A stretch of 63,969 nt of DNA, filler included, from Kipferlia bialata (GCA_003568945.1; 3 parts of 3 records of this genome joined end to end with filler, not necessarily neighbours in it); one strand, 5' to 3'; positions 1 to 12,671 are shown, numbered from the whole stretch's first letter. Made by a program: numbers and translations. The notes: generated by a model not told the origin, from the letters alone.

Positions 1-916
1 CAGCCCAGCACCTGAGACAGGTACAGTAGTCTCTCTCTCTCTCTCTCTACACCCTTAATCTCCAGGCTGGTGGCATCGGCTTCCTCAGTGAGGACGAGGA
101 GCTCCCTCAGTGTGGAGAGTGTGGCGAGTACGTCTCTCTCTCATTCTCTCTCTCATTCTCTCTCTCTCTCCCATGGCTCCTCTTTTAGCTATTTTGTAAT
201 TTTCCCGGTCTCCCAGTTATCCATCTCTCTCTCTGTCACTGCCTGTATGCCTATAACCCATTGGGGTTTCAGACATTGTTGACCAACAACACCGACTGTC
301 CCCTTTCCCTCTGTCTTATTCTCTAGTCTTTCTCTTTCTCTGTATCCTGACTCCATCCAGGCAAATGGCCCTTGTTGTCCAGCTCAACCTGTCTCAGCTG
401 CCAGAGGATGTCCAGGAGTCACTCAGACTGGGAGATGAAGGTATATATTCATGCACCAGTATACATTAGGATATATATCTGTTTCTTCTATTGTGTTGGT
501 CTCTCCCACTCCAGGCCTCATTCAGCTCTACATGTGCAAGATCGAGGACACCGACTGTGAGACCTGGGAGGCGTTCTCAAGTGCGTGCTCTCTCTCTCTC
601 TCTCGTTGTCTATCTGACGCCAGCTGCTGAGCTGGACCTATGTGTGTCTCTCTCTCTCTCTCTCTGTCTCTGTATATATATATATATTCTTCTGTCTATT
701 TGTCTAATCTGACATCAGCTGCCGAACTGGTCCGGTTTGTACCACCAGAGGACATGGAGAACGCCAGGACCAGGTTATACTCCCTCTCTCTCTCTCTCTC
801 TCTTTCACTCTCTCTCTTTCACTCTCTCTCTTCACCTCTATTACTATAGGGATGATGTGCTCTCTCTCTCGCTTTCTCTCCCTCTCTCCACCTCTATAAC
901 TCTAGGATGATGTGCG

Positions 917-947
<31 letters not shown>

Positions 948-2766
948 ACCGTCTATCTTACTCTAGGGAGGACATCCTGTCTCTCTCCCTCCCTCTCCCC
1001 CCCCCCCTCTCTATCTCCCTGTCGATCTCTATCGATCCATGTTACAATCTAACTCTAGAGAGGATATCCTGTCTCTCTATGAGTCTGAGGACAAGGTGTA
1101 CCGCGAGGCGCCAATCGTGGGGTACGGCTTTCTTTCTCTCTCAGTCTGTCTCTCTCTGTATTTCTCAAATTCAAATGTATATACTTTTATATATATGTAT
1201 CTCTCCCCACACCAGTGTTGTCAAGCGCGCCCAGGACTTCCCCAAGGGTGAGTCTCTATCTCTCTCTCTTTCCCTTCCAGCCTGTCACTCTCCCTCTTCC
1301 TGTCTCGACCTTCAGTGCTATTCATGGAGGATGAGACATATATACTATTACAGGTGTTGGCATAGGTCCTGTTTCCTATCTGCTTTCCCTCCATATGTCT
1401 GGTTACCTCACTCCCACTGTAAGTGAGGATATGAGTCTCGTGGACAGATGGTATTCGCTCTCTCTATGTGTATCCATATCTCTTAGTCTCTCACTGCAGG
1501 TGACGAGATGTCTTTCGGAGTCGACCACAATGACGACATGTACAATGCTCTGGTGAGTTGTGTCACCATCCATCTCTCTCTATCTCTCTCTTTCTCCTTA
1601 TCTGTCCCTCACCTCTGTCTCCTACTCACCTCAAGCACGAGTTCGTCTGGGAGAACGGCGCAACCAGTGGAATTCACGTAGGTACTGCTATCTCTCCGCC
1701 TCTCATTCTCTCTCTGTCTCATACCCACATGATGGGGTGGCTGGTATACATGTATATATATGTATGTATATACATATATTAATATGTCTGTAACATTGAC
1801 CTTAGGTGGATGGTTCAACTGGTGCCAGGGAGTGGAGTACCCAGACTGCCCAGGTGTGTATAGCCGTATTATTATGTAAAGATAGAGAGGAAGTATTAGT
1901 ACAGTATATACATGATATGGGGATTGCAGACATACGGACTACATACACATAATGCAATGGCATTGATCCAGTAGTGTTCCCCTCTTTCTCTCTCTCTCTT
2001 TCCATCTGTCTCCCTCTCTTCTCCCCTTAGAGTGTGAGACCATGGTCGGAACACTCCTCAACATAATACGCATATGCATTCACAAATATACTGTTTCTCT
2101 AACCAAAGTACTATGTATATACTAATCACTAAACACCTTAACCGTTAGAGTGTGGCGAGACCATGACCGGAACCGTCCTCAACATCGAGTCCATTGAGGA
2201 TCAGATTGGTCTCATGTGGGGTGAGTATTAGTGAATATATATACACCCACTCCTCCCTCTCTCTTTCTGTCTCTGTGATCATGCTGGGTTCGATTTCATA
2301 CGTATACATTTCTATATATACATATATACATCTATGTAAGTGTCTTTCGGTTCTGAAGAGATAGTGATCTAATGTAGTGCGTGTATTTCTCTCTAGTTAG
2401 ATATCTATTGGCTACTTTCGTCGGTCTATACCTACCATGTCAATGCATCTTCCTTAGGGAGACACCGCTTGACTAGATTTGACTCTGTTTGACTCTGTTT
2501 GACTTCAGGTGACTGTGGCACCGCCCAGATTTGCCAGTGTCCCAACCACGAGAAGTAAGTAGTCTCTCTCTCCCCCTTCCACTACCCTCCCTCCTTCCCC
2601 CGGTCACCCCGTTACAATATGCTGAGTGCTTTCCTTCACATTACTACCACTCAACAGATGTTCTGGGATACTATTGTTCTCAGGAACTCTTGTTACGGAC
2701 GTAAATTGACTGGTTTGACGTATATTGACCGACAGGGTCCTTGCCATGATGTGGGCATGCTGCTAA
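1..2766 (+). CDS. DUF1963/YwqG-family protein (5' partial), about 13 exons
   Basis: Spliced exons (66-127, 361-440, 515-580, ... 1806-1853, 2149-2221, 2509-2554, 2736-2766) read AGGIGFLSEDEELPQCGECGEQMALVVQLNLSQLPE...GLIQLYMC...GIHVGGWFNWCQGVEYPDCPECGETMTGTVLNIESIEDQIGLMWGDCGTAQICQCPNHEKVLAMMWACC*. The CxxC-M-x3-Q-x-N-L, GGWxxWxQxxEYP and WGDxG motifs match DUF1963 as I recall it. No search was run. Confidence 0.75.
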
Positions 2767-3008
2767 TCCTCTGACTGGTTGTCCCAGATAGAGAGAGACT
2801 GGCCGGAGCTGTGCAGTGGGAGTTCATGGATTGAGACACTTACTGAGTGTTAGACACTCGTCTCTCGTCTTTGCAGTGTACGTAAATAGATTAGAAGTGT
2901 AGATTGATGTTGAATGTTTGAGAATTTCCGTTCAGTAACTGAACTTCAGTTTGTATCACACTGTTGGTGAACATACAGATATGAACACTTGTACGGAAAG
3001 GGCTATCA

Positions 3009-5229
3009 TCAAAACGGATTTGGTCCTTCCCCACTTTCAACTCCTTCCCTACCCTCATACACATCCACCAGCATCTATTGATATATATACATATATTGAT
3101 ATACAATGTGCATCCAGACGATACATGGCACATATCATTCATTAGAAGAATAGAGTCTGAGACTCTGACACTGCACTAAAGTAATAATCTAACGTTCAAT
3201 TTACCAGGAGAAAGTACAGTTACCTTCTTGCAGAGCTCGATTGCCTCCTCATGCTTTCCAATCCTCCGGGACAGATTGCTCTGTCGCTTAAGGACCTGTA
3301 GGGTTAGGTTAATACCAATGGACATTAGGAGAGACACATACGAGAGAGATGCTGCTCCGAAAGTGAAGTGACAGGAAGAATCGTAAGTGGACACAACTAA
3401 GAGAATGCCTGCTCCGAATGAATGTCCATAGTATATACAATGTCCACTATACTCGATACCGACCTCAAAGGTGACTGCCGCTGCATCATGGGCCAGAAGG
3501 GCATGCTGAGGGTCAGGTTATGGTATGGAAGTAGTATGACTTCTCAAGCGAGGCATATCAAGACCTTATACACCGATGAATGTAGCTAACAAATACTTGT
3601 ACACTAACCCCTGTCAGGCTGCACAGACGGCACTGGCACTGGAACCCATAGCGTGTAAGGGTCTTCTGAGGTGAGAAGGCCTAGGCCTAAAGAAATGCAA
3701 TGTAAAGAGAAGACTGCCTACATGCATAGCACATAGTCAATGCCACGACCCGACCTGTCTGACTGCCTGTGTTGCATTGCTGTCACAGTATGACACAAAG
3801 AGCTGGTCGCCTGGCTGGATGGGGTATGTGGCCATGAAGCACTGACAGATGAGTGTATAGAGATAGTGTATATAGACAATAATAAGTAATATATCAGCAT
3901 CAGGGAGAATTACATTAGAATGCAAAAGAGCCTTCTGGAGCTTTGTGGTAGAGGATGCAAGAGAGAGAGAGAGAGAGATGTTGGCCATACCATAACCTCC
4001 TCACTGTGGCTCCAGTATCTAGTGAGGTTGGGGAAGCAGCTAGGGGTGAGACCAATTTGTGGTATATCGCGTAACTTATTGTGTGAAAGCGAGGAACCTG
4101 TGGTTGATGCGTGATGCAATGATGCACACACATGCCCCGTCATTGATGGATCCACAGGTACAGCCGAAGCTCTGATATAAGCCACTAATTGAGATAGGTG
4201 AAGGGAGAATGCAATGGGACATATGACGAACGTCGTGATACTGGATAGGTAATCGTGGTGTTGCAATATACTCACGTTGGTGTTTATGATACCAATGTAT
4301 GTCTTGGCCTGGCCTGGCTTCTGGTCTCTATCGTGTAGGGCAGTGAGTTGGGACCTGAAGGGAGAGAGAGAGAAAGAAAGGGAGGAATGGCAACATTGTA
4401 TAAAACTGTATCCTCTTTGTCTCTCTCTCTATATATATATGGAATATTCTAACAAGAGAGAGCAAAGGAGTATAACAATAACACTAAAACTAAGACTAAT
4501 AGTATTGAGTACCTGTCCTCATCTGAGAGATAGAATATATATGTATGGAATGCACATAGAGACGAAGAGAGAACGTACAGTGCACATAGTGATAAAGAGA
4601 GAACAAACAGTACACTTCTATATAGTATATATAGTATATAGACTATATACCCACCTGTCCTCATCTGAGAGACCCTTGATGATGGCTGTCAACTCTGCCA
4701 TGTCAAATGCCTGCTGGTGTGTCAGTATAGGTATACAGTAGATGTCACTCACAGACACTTACAGGTACTGAAGTTACGTTGAGGCATCAGCACGAGAGAG
4801 GTTGGGGGGGGGGCAGCGCGATAGGGGGGAGAGGGGGGCGTACCCTAGGAGCATCGGCAGCACTACTCTGGGGCTTCCCGAAGTGTATCAGGGGACGTTC
4901 TCTGGTATCAGTGTGCAGGGAGAGCAAGTGTTGTTGTGAGTCACAACTTGTGACAGGTGGATTCTTGGCTTTACCAAGAGAAGTCCATGATGCCTGTACA
5001 TACACTAACTGGTACTAAATCCCTCCCTTACCATAAATACACCCATATTCATGATATACGTTCTTGTTGCATACCATTATCCACTGCATGCAAACACATA
5101 TACATAGCGTACTCAATGGCAATACCCTCACCTCAGCACACAGTCCCCCCTCTTGAATGCTCTCTCCGCAATGACGCCCAACCCATAGCCGGGTATGGGG
5201 CACACGCGGATGCCATCATTCTCAACCAT
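3009..5229 (-). CDS. SET-domain lysine methyltransferase, SMYD-like, with post-SET CxCxxC
   Basis: Spliced minus-strand exons give MVENDGIRVCPIPGYGLGVIAERAFKRGDCVL...IINTNSFG...CIIASRINHS|CFPN...MATYPIQPGDQLFVSY...YGFQCQCRLC. All SET motifs are present (GxG, NHSC, GEEL-x-x-SY-like, post-SET Cys). The NHSC motif is split by an intron. The 3' exon assignment is less certain. Confidence 0.85.
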
Positions 5230-6013
5230 CACAGTGCTATGTGTCACACTTGAAAGAGTCATATGTCAGTGATTGGCTGGACCCTTTTCATACTGTGAGA
5301 CCAAAAATGATCACTCAGCACTGTCTGTGTTACAGAACTTCGAAATGTCATCAGTTGGGAAATCAGTACGAGAACATAACTGTTGAGGGTGTCAACTTGA
5401 GAGCGGCAACTTGATATGTACTGTTGAGGCGCTGGATGGCTTCATGACACGCAATATACTCAACGGAATACAGCTCTCTATCCAACCAGTTCCGGTGTAT
5501 CCTTGCTGCAAGGATTCCTTGCACCTCCCCGGACTATGCGTGGGATGTCTGCTGTGCACAGAAAGAGGGATGGCACACTGGACATGAGGTATCATTGATA
5601 CTGGTACTGAATCAGTACTACTGATAGTGATGCTGATATCGTATTAGGAAGTGTGGTACACCCAATGGCACTACACAGTCGCGTGAGTTCACTGCACTCT
5701 TATTCCCAGATTCAAGTCCTCGCGGGCCTATATCCTTGACCATTCTTCCAAAGGTGCTGCAACATCGGTGCCAGAGGCCAGTGGCATAGGTGGTACTGAG
5801 ATCTCCACTGATGGGAAGGACACACCCGTCGAGGGCATTGAGTGGGAGGAAAGGCACCTCTCAGGTTCGTATGTGTACTTTTGCTGACAGCAATGGTGTA
5901 CCAATCTACTGACAGTCGGTATTTCCGTATCTGATAGGCACAAAGAAGAAAACGAAACTAATCTAAACTCGCTGACTCTAAAGCTGGAGGGCTGGCAGAC
6001 CCAAAGAGCACCC

Positions 6014-6714
6014 ATGAGATCAGGGATGGGACGATTCCGCCACCAGTGTACGACTATGTATCACTCTCATGATGAGAGTCTCATCCACACAGTTGCATAC
6101 GGCAAGTACTCTTCTTGTGACAAGCTTATCTTGCGTTGTGTTCACTCTAGGTACGAGACCCTATGGCGCAACAAGTGGGTCACAGCACATTGCACAGACA
6201 TTGACGGGTTCATCCAGGAGTATGAGGCTCTTGCCAGTCTTTTCAAGGCAACATGTGGTATTTGGAGTACCCATCGACCTAACCACAGTATGTATAGGTA
6301 TGTATACATTGCCCTCTAACCTCAGAAGTGGAAGGCAAAGGGAGTAAAGCTACTCGACAATGGATGCCAGGGTGACGACTACGCCTCCTTCTACACACTG
6401 GACCCCAAGGTGGCCAAGGAGCTGAGGTGAGATTGCATATGTCTAGTTGGCAGTCATACTATCACAGTGTGATCCATGCCCAGTTAACGCATCATTTTAT
6501 GGAGTAGAGTGTCATATCCTGTCGTGGTAAACCATTTCAGCAGTATTCAAATCCCTTCTAACCCAGCTTCGAGGTGGATGAGATTGAACTCGAAGAGCAG
6601 TGTGAAAGACTTTTGGGGCACCTGGGAGAGTACGGGTACCTGGTCAAGGACGGAAGGAGGTACTACGCCTCAGAGCAGGAAACGGACACATCAGAAGCCG
6701 AGGCGGAGGCATAA
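6014..6714 (+). CDS. small hypothetical protein with WRNKW...GDDYAxF motifs, 4 exons
   Basis: Exons join in frame: ...HTVAYGK|YETLWRNKWVTAHCTDIDGFIQEYEALASLFK|KWKAKGVKLLDNGCQGDDYASFYTLDPKVAKELS|FEVDEIELEEQ...EAEA* (TAA 6712-6714). This needs a GC donor at 6248. The start could be ATG 6014, 6026 or 6056. Confidence 0.65.
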
Positions 6715-7499
6715 TAACAGGGAATGCATGAGGAGTATCTGCTAGGGAGATTCTCCCTCCACCCCTATCTCTATTGCATACTATTAGCACTCATAAGGCG
6801 TGACCATCAGGATCATCTGTGTGATCACTACTAATACACACAAATATATAATTACACTCCTTAGTCTATGGACTCACATGGAACCCTGCACACCTGACCG
6901 TTTGTTGCACACTATGATATCTAAGATATGTAAGATACCATATCTTCCAGGGCAGTTGTCATCGCTTCACTATATACTATGTCCCCATTATATATACAAC
7001 AATGAACGCAGATTCTTACTGCCGATGCCCAGAGAGTCTGTATCTTGCATGGCAGAGGCGGAAGGTTCCTATTGAGTGGCAGGCAACTACAGGGACCCTA
7101 CTACCTGGTAATACAAAATATAGTTCTTTGGGTCTGAGGACTCCTCAGTGAGGCCGGGCTATAGTAATTGCGGACCACCGACTGTAGACTACAGTGGAGG
7201 AATAGGACCACTACATACTGTAGTGGTCAATGCTGCCGGAATTGGCGTGAGAGTCAGATCCTTGAGAGTCTCAAGTTGAGACTGTAGAGCAGTAGTGGTC
7301 GTATACTGTATAGGACCGGAGTTCCAGAAGCACTGTAGACCCAAGGCTCCATGCGATTGTACCCTGTCTTTCCACTAGCAGGTTGTGTCAAAAGCTAAAC
7401 CAAAAAGCTAAACCACCACTCACTCCTCCACAAAAGTCGCACACAACTAGATTCTAGTAATTGGATCAGTACACTTCTGCATTTGCAACCTGCCCAAGT

Positions 7500-8456
7500 A
7501 TGCCCCATCCTTTCAACCTCTTTGAGGCCCATGTTCCTTACCACTCCGTTAGGGCCAATCCACGGAATCTTAGGGACCCGCTTGAAATAAGCGATGGTGA
7601 CAGCATTGTACCGGCCGGTCACAACTCTATCATCCTACTAGCATTCTCAGGAGATATTAGGTTCCATACCCTGCTGGGTGACTGTACTGTAGAGGTTGAG
7701 GCCTTTGCAGGTCTCTATCGGCCTCGTCTACTAGGGTGTGTTGGGGGCAAGCTGTATGTGGAAACGGTACACTCAACGCATGTGGTAAACCTGGTGGAAA
7801 TCGAGTTGGACACAATGGCGTTCAACGTCATTTCTCCTGTTAAGACTGCACAGAGCTGGAGTAACCCATACTTCTTTCAGTTCACACTCGACAACATGTG
7901 CTACCGAGTGATCAAATACATACCTGGGGCAGATGGTTCCAACTTAGGGGAGCCGGACCGTGCAGTAACATTGCGCCTTGACCCTGAGCACTCTGACAGA
8001 GGGTACATCCAGGTAGACACCAACACTCCTCTACTGTTCGAGTTCCTCGATACACTTCCAGTACTTGGGAATCTTGTCTTTGCTCTGGACACTAATGGTC
8101 GTGTAGTAACCTTCGACGGAGCCCACTGGGACTATACAGGGCGCCAGATACACTTAGAAAAGAATTCTACAGTCACGATGTTTGCTGTGGGCCATTTCTG
8201 CATCGTCACGAGCAGGTCTCACCGTACTGGTGTCTGGACTCACCACTGGTACGCATACGACACAATCTCTGGGGAAGCCTGCACTCTGACGGACCCTGAT
8301 TCTTCTAGTGAACTAGGGGTGTTCTATCCAGCCCTGGCAGTGCCAAACGCCTTCCTAGGCCCCAATACAATGCAACTTGTCAGAAGAGGCCTTGTGTATC
8401 CCGATCCGGAGATGGAGTGGGGGATAATCCCACCCAGTCTAGTGATATTGGAGTAG
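7500..8456 (+). CDS. intronless kelch-like/beta-propeller hypothetical protein
   Basis: Uninterrupted ORF of about 318 codons from ATG 7500. It has beta-rich blades (VGGKLYV, LDNMCY, LGNLVFAL, VGHFCIV) and a WYAYDTISGE motif that is shared with the gene at 10234-11654. Confidence 0.6.
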   Translation: MPHPFNLFEAHVPYHSVRANPRNLRDPLEISDGDSIVPAGHNSIILLAFSGDIRFHTLLGDCTVEVEAFAGLYRPRLLGCVGGKLYVETVHSTHVVNLVEIELDTMAFNVISPVKTAQSWSNPYFFQFTLDNMCYRVIKYIPGADGSNLGEPDRAVTLRLDPEHSDRGYIQVDTNTPLLFEFLDTLPVLGNLVFALDTNGRVVTFDGAHWDYTGRQIHLEKNSTVTMFAVGHFCIVTSRSHRTGVWTHHWYAYDTISGEACTLTDPDSSSELGVFYPALAVPNAFLGPNTMQLVRRGLVYPDPEMEWGIIPPSLVILE

Positions 8457-8803
8457 GAGTAGAGTTGGTTTGGTACATGGTCCAATAATCCTAGGGCAGT
8501 CCCAGCCGATTTGTATACATATAATCTTTGTCGTCTATTAGTCTCGGATTTCCTACTCAGTGTCCCTTCAATAGATATGTCCATTGTTTCAGTGAAACAG
8601 AGGCAAGCAGTTACTACAGTATTAGGCGGGTAGGCACTGCGTCTGCTCAACTATATGATAGAGAAACCATAAGAAAGAATTGAAGAAGGCTTCACATTGA
8701 AGCTTTCACATTCTACCACAGGTCGCAAGGGAAGGCAATACAACGTACATCTACATCCTCTGATCTGTCGGTTCTCCACACCTTGCTGGCGTCAGTGAGT
8801 CCA

Positions 8804-9571
8804 ATGGCCGAGAGGGAGACTGAGCTAGTGTTACTACCCGGTATGGATGAGGTCACCAGGCAGAGAGGTAGGGAGAGAGAGACAGCCCCTGAAGGACAGA
8901 ACAGTGGGAGTCCTACTCCAGATGCCCCCTCGTCTCATGGGTGTGAGGATATACCAACTGCATCGGAGGGCACTGAAGAGCAGACAGCAAAGACCAAGGG
9001 TGTAACACGTAAGGTAATGTCAAGCGTGAAGGGTCACATACCTATATATGCCTTACGACGGCAGGTCTGTCAGTGTTACTGCCACCCGATGATCGTATTA
9101 GCAAGTGTTGCGTTTCGTTACTATGTAGATGACCGCTGCATTGTATTTGTAATCATATCGATGTCATACTCACCTCCTGACCCAGCCCCGTCTGTTCCAC
9201 TTGAGGAAGGCAGGAAGGGCCGCTGCTGGGTTTGCAAAGGCACGTGGGTTCATTGCATAATCAAGTGTGAGAGTTAGTGATAGGATAGTGTCTCCTTCTC
9301 TGACACAACAGGCCCCTGGACTACATGTCTCCGCAGACGTCGCCCTAGGTATGTCAACACATCTCCTGTCATTAGACTTGCTAAACAGCTGATACATATT
9401 GCAAAGGTTCGCCGGGAGGGTGTCTGTTACAGACTATCTCAACGATCCCCGTACTGATACAACTCTTGAGACTAACACTACTTCTGCTGCCGTCAGGCTT
9501 TGACATTGACATGGGCCCTGCTGCTCTGACTGCACTGGGTGTGGTGGCAGTGGCAGCAGCAGGTCGGTATG
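8804..9571 (+). CDS. hypothetical multi-exon protein with hydrophobic segments (3' end unresolved)
   Basis: ATG 8804 followed by exons bounded by typical junctions (ctgacccag, ctgacacaacag, ctaaacag). They can be joined as ...KGRCWVCK|GPGLHVSADVAL|ADTYCKG...PVLIQLLRLTLLLL...ALTALGVVAVAAA. No family recognised. Confidence 0.3.
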
Positions 9572-10233
9572 CTGTGACATGTGATAGTATCAGTGACACT
9601 CTGTTGTAACAGCACTTATGTCTTCTATCTATACATCTAATTGCATGCAGTGAGTGTGGTGGCTGTGGCAGAAGCAGGTAACGCATGATTACTGAACCAC
9701 TATCACGTCTTTGCGTCTACTATATCATACAGTCTGTATGCTTTGGGAATATGATTGCTGTCGTAGCCGGTATCGATACGCCCAGGAACGCACCTCACCT
9801 CTCAGAATATTACCCCTGTTCTAACCCACCAGCTGCCATTGTCCTGGGTATATCAGCAGCACACAGGGGACGTTCCCCTCCAAAGAGGAGATAGAGATGC
9901 TGTGTCATATGGTGGTTCGAGATCCTAGACCACTGGCAGTGTGTATGTGGCAATAGAGAGTGTAGGATTCCAAACTGAAGTGAAATCTTCTGTTACCGCT
10001 ATGAAATATTATCATTCAGTGTCAGACACGATACACTCTGTGTGGGCAAGAGTGAAGGAGTGGGAGGCACAATACAAGGGTTTGAAGTAAATCCCCAGTG
10101 AATGTGTAATTATACAAGACGTGAGGGGTAGATGGGTTTGGTCCCAATGCTATACAATCACATGACGAATCAATGGTCACAATAATAGTGACTCACTATT
10201 TAGTGTTGATATCAGTGTGGTTTCTCCTGCTCT

Positions 10234-11654
10234 CTATTCAGCTCCAGTGACGATGTTGTCAAAGTATAATCTGTACGCGTATACCCCATTTCGTTGATCT
10301 AAGCGGTGGGATACAGCAAGGCAGAGTTCACTATTCTGGGATGGTAGAATGGAACAGCGAGAAGGTAGGTGCCCTTCAATATGCCAAGGGGTCCACTGAC
10401 CTGATACGGTATCATAGGCTACCATACTGTCTCTGTCGTAACTAGTCAGTCTAGATACAATATGCCTCCCTATTGTGACGCCATTGTACTTGAGGTCTCC
10501 TGCCACTGGGGTCCAGGGCTGGTGTTCCCCATCAATAAAGTGGTCTCGCTGTAACCACCCCCTGGATAGCGAGAACTCCCCGTGACCCATAACGTACAGG
10601 GTGTCGCCCACGACAGCCACAAAACTGTATGGTGGAAGCCTAGTATGGGCTGGTAGGGGATGAGTAGTCCAGGATCTATCCTTGAGTCAGAATTGGTACA
10701 TATCACATATCGGGGACGCTCCGAAGTAGGTTGATTGACTAATGTGGGAGTGGTGACTGCCCAACACGCATTGTAGCATGACGGTGAACTTCCACGCCCA
10801 AAGTAATCAGCGGATACTCACACATGTATATGTAGTCTGAATGCGTGAAGTCTCGATACCCATACCCAGACAAGTATATACACTTACGAGTACATTCGGT
10901 CTGTAGACTAGCAGTTCTGTCTTGCAGCAGAGCACAATACACCCATCCAGTGCCACGGCGTCGGAGTAACTGTAACGATCCCGCTTAGGCATATCTCCAA
11001 GGGACTCGAACTCCAGAGAGTCGAGGTGGAGTGCATACATAACCTCAGTGGTGATAGCGAATTGCGCCCACCGACACAGGTGGAGGAATAAGGTACTTCC
11101 CACCTGGCAAAGCACTTTGACAAGCGTCAGCGTCTTTGGCAGAGTAACACACTCCTCAACATCCAGTGTGGCTGCTATTCCAGCATGGGAGTGTGATACG
11201 AAGTAGATATTCTTCGCAACCCCTGTGTAGGGGTCTCCCTGTTGGGTCCAGAGGGAGATTTGGCATCCGTCAGTACCCAGTCCCGTCGCTCCATCAAGGA
11301 CATCTGGCAACCGGAGACTCTCTATGGTAACAGATGGACCAGTGGGATAGAGGGGACACTCCTTGCTATGGTTACAGCGGGCCAGCGCTGATATACCCAA
11401 CTCGCAGTCGAACCCCCTAACCCTGTAGGGCCTCACACGTCCGTAGTCATCCGTACCACCTTTGACAGTGATAACGCACTCGCCGCAAGACCCACAGGAG
11501 ATAGTTGGCTCTCTCACAAAGGTATCTACAGTGAGAGTACTCTAGTGTTACTAGGTATGTTACTTAGCAGTGGTCATTCTAACAGTGTATCTATATATCT
11601 TGTGGACTTGCCTCTCTTGGGACAAGACGATAATTGTTTAGTAAAGATTGCCAT
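10234..11654 (-). CDS. kelch-like/beta-propeller hypothetical protein, about 3 exons
   Basis: The ORFs 10807-11517 and 10234-10620 join via an intron (YRPNVL|DRSWTTHPLP). Blades read VGSTLFL, LDGCIVL, VVGDTLYVMG, IGRHIV and VAYDTVSGQWTPW. The putative first exon (ATG 11654) uses an AG|GCAAGT donor. Confidence 0.6.
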
Positions 11655-12671
11655 GCCAGCACCCTAAATAGAGATATGCATGTGTACCTTCAAACACCCA
11701 GGGACCACCTGTGGCGCTCTCCAGGCACACTAGCATCTCGTCTTCTGTCTGCCACTCCATGGTAAACAGGGCAGGAGGTATGCGGGAGCAAGGGTAGTAA
11801 TGGCTAGTCATGCCTTTATCCTAGGGATAGTTAGGATAACCGATACAGCTTCGTGATTTCAAAGAGAGATACCCTCAAGAACTTGCAGGAATCAATGTCA
11901 TTGTAGACATCTTTGGAAAGAGGAAACACTAGGAGACACAATAATTAGTGTATACTACTAGTCAGCTGACTCCTATACAATATTCCGACTCATGTATCAG
12001 ATACCATGGTCTTCGCATTGGGGTCACCAGTTTGGTGACTCACCAAACACAGTGTGTTTAACACACAGTCGGGCACCCGCACCGTCGATATGGTCGATGG
12101 CCATTTGCCTTATCTTGAACAGCAGATACATCCCAAGCGGATCAAAAGGACTGTTGCCAACAGTGTTGGTCACTGCATACATAGACCGTATCAAACGCCG
12201 AAGACTGCGCGGCACAGTCTGTACCCGTCTTCTTCGCCTTCCATTCACTCCAATACATCACATCGGATTGGAGTTTCTGTCTGATGTATTTGCCTTCTTC
12301 TGTGCTGAAACTGGAGTCCTATGTTCAAATCAAGCACTGGTTCAATATCAAGCATCTACTAAAATCTATGATATATTCTCGCCAACAAAACCATGGGTGT
12401 ATTATGTGACCCCTAACACCGGCAACCTGGTCGAACCAGGACACATGAATACTAAGAGCAGAGCAAAGCGCTGATAGGCAACTTACACCCTACTAAACTC
12501 AGAAATTGGGGACAAACTCCCTCCCCCCTCTCCACACTTCGGCCTCATCAGGGGACTCCATCGACTGTACCTCAACGGGAACTGGAATGAGGCTACAGAG
12601 GAAGTATTGATAGGAAGACACTAAGGAGTTGATAGGAAGATACTTCTTTCGTTTTGTGGATATCTTCTTCT

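Noticed and set aside
5300..6000. Short ORFs and possible exons between the SET gene and the WRNKW gene
   Set aside because: I could not build a consistent spliced frame.
9205..9245. KGRCWVCK as the start of an AN1 zinc finger
   Set aside because: The downstream CxC...FCxxH ligands were not found in any joinable exon.
11992..12474. Overlapping ORFs between the kelch-like and repeat genes; possible retroelement remnant
   Set aside because: No RT, integrase or transposase motif and no terminal repeats recognisable.
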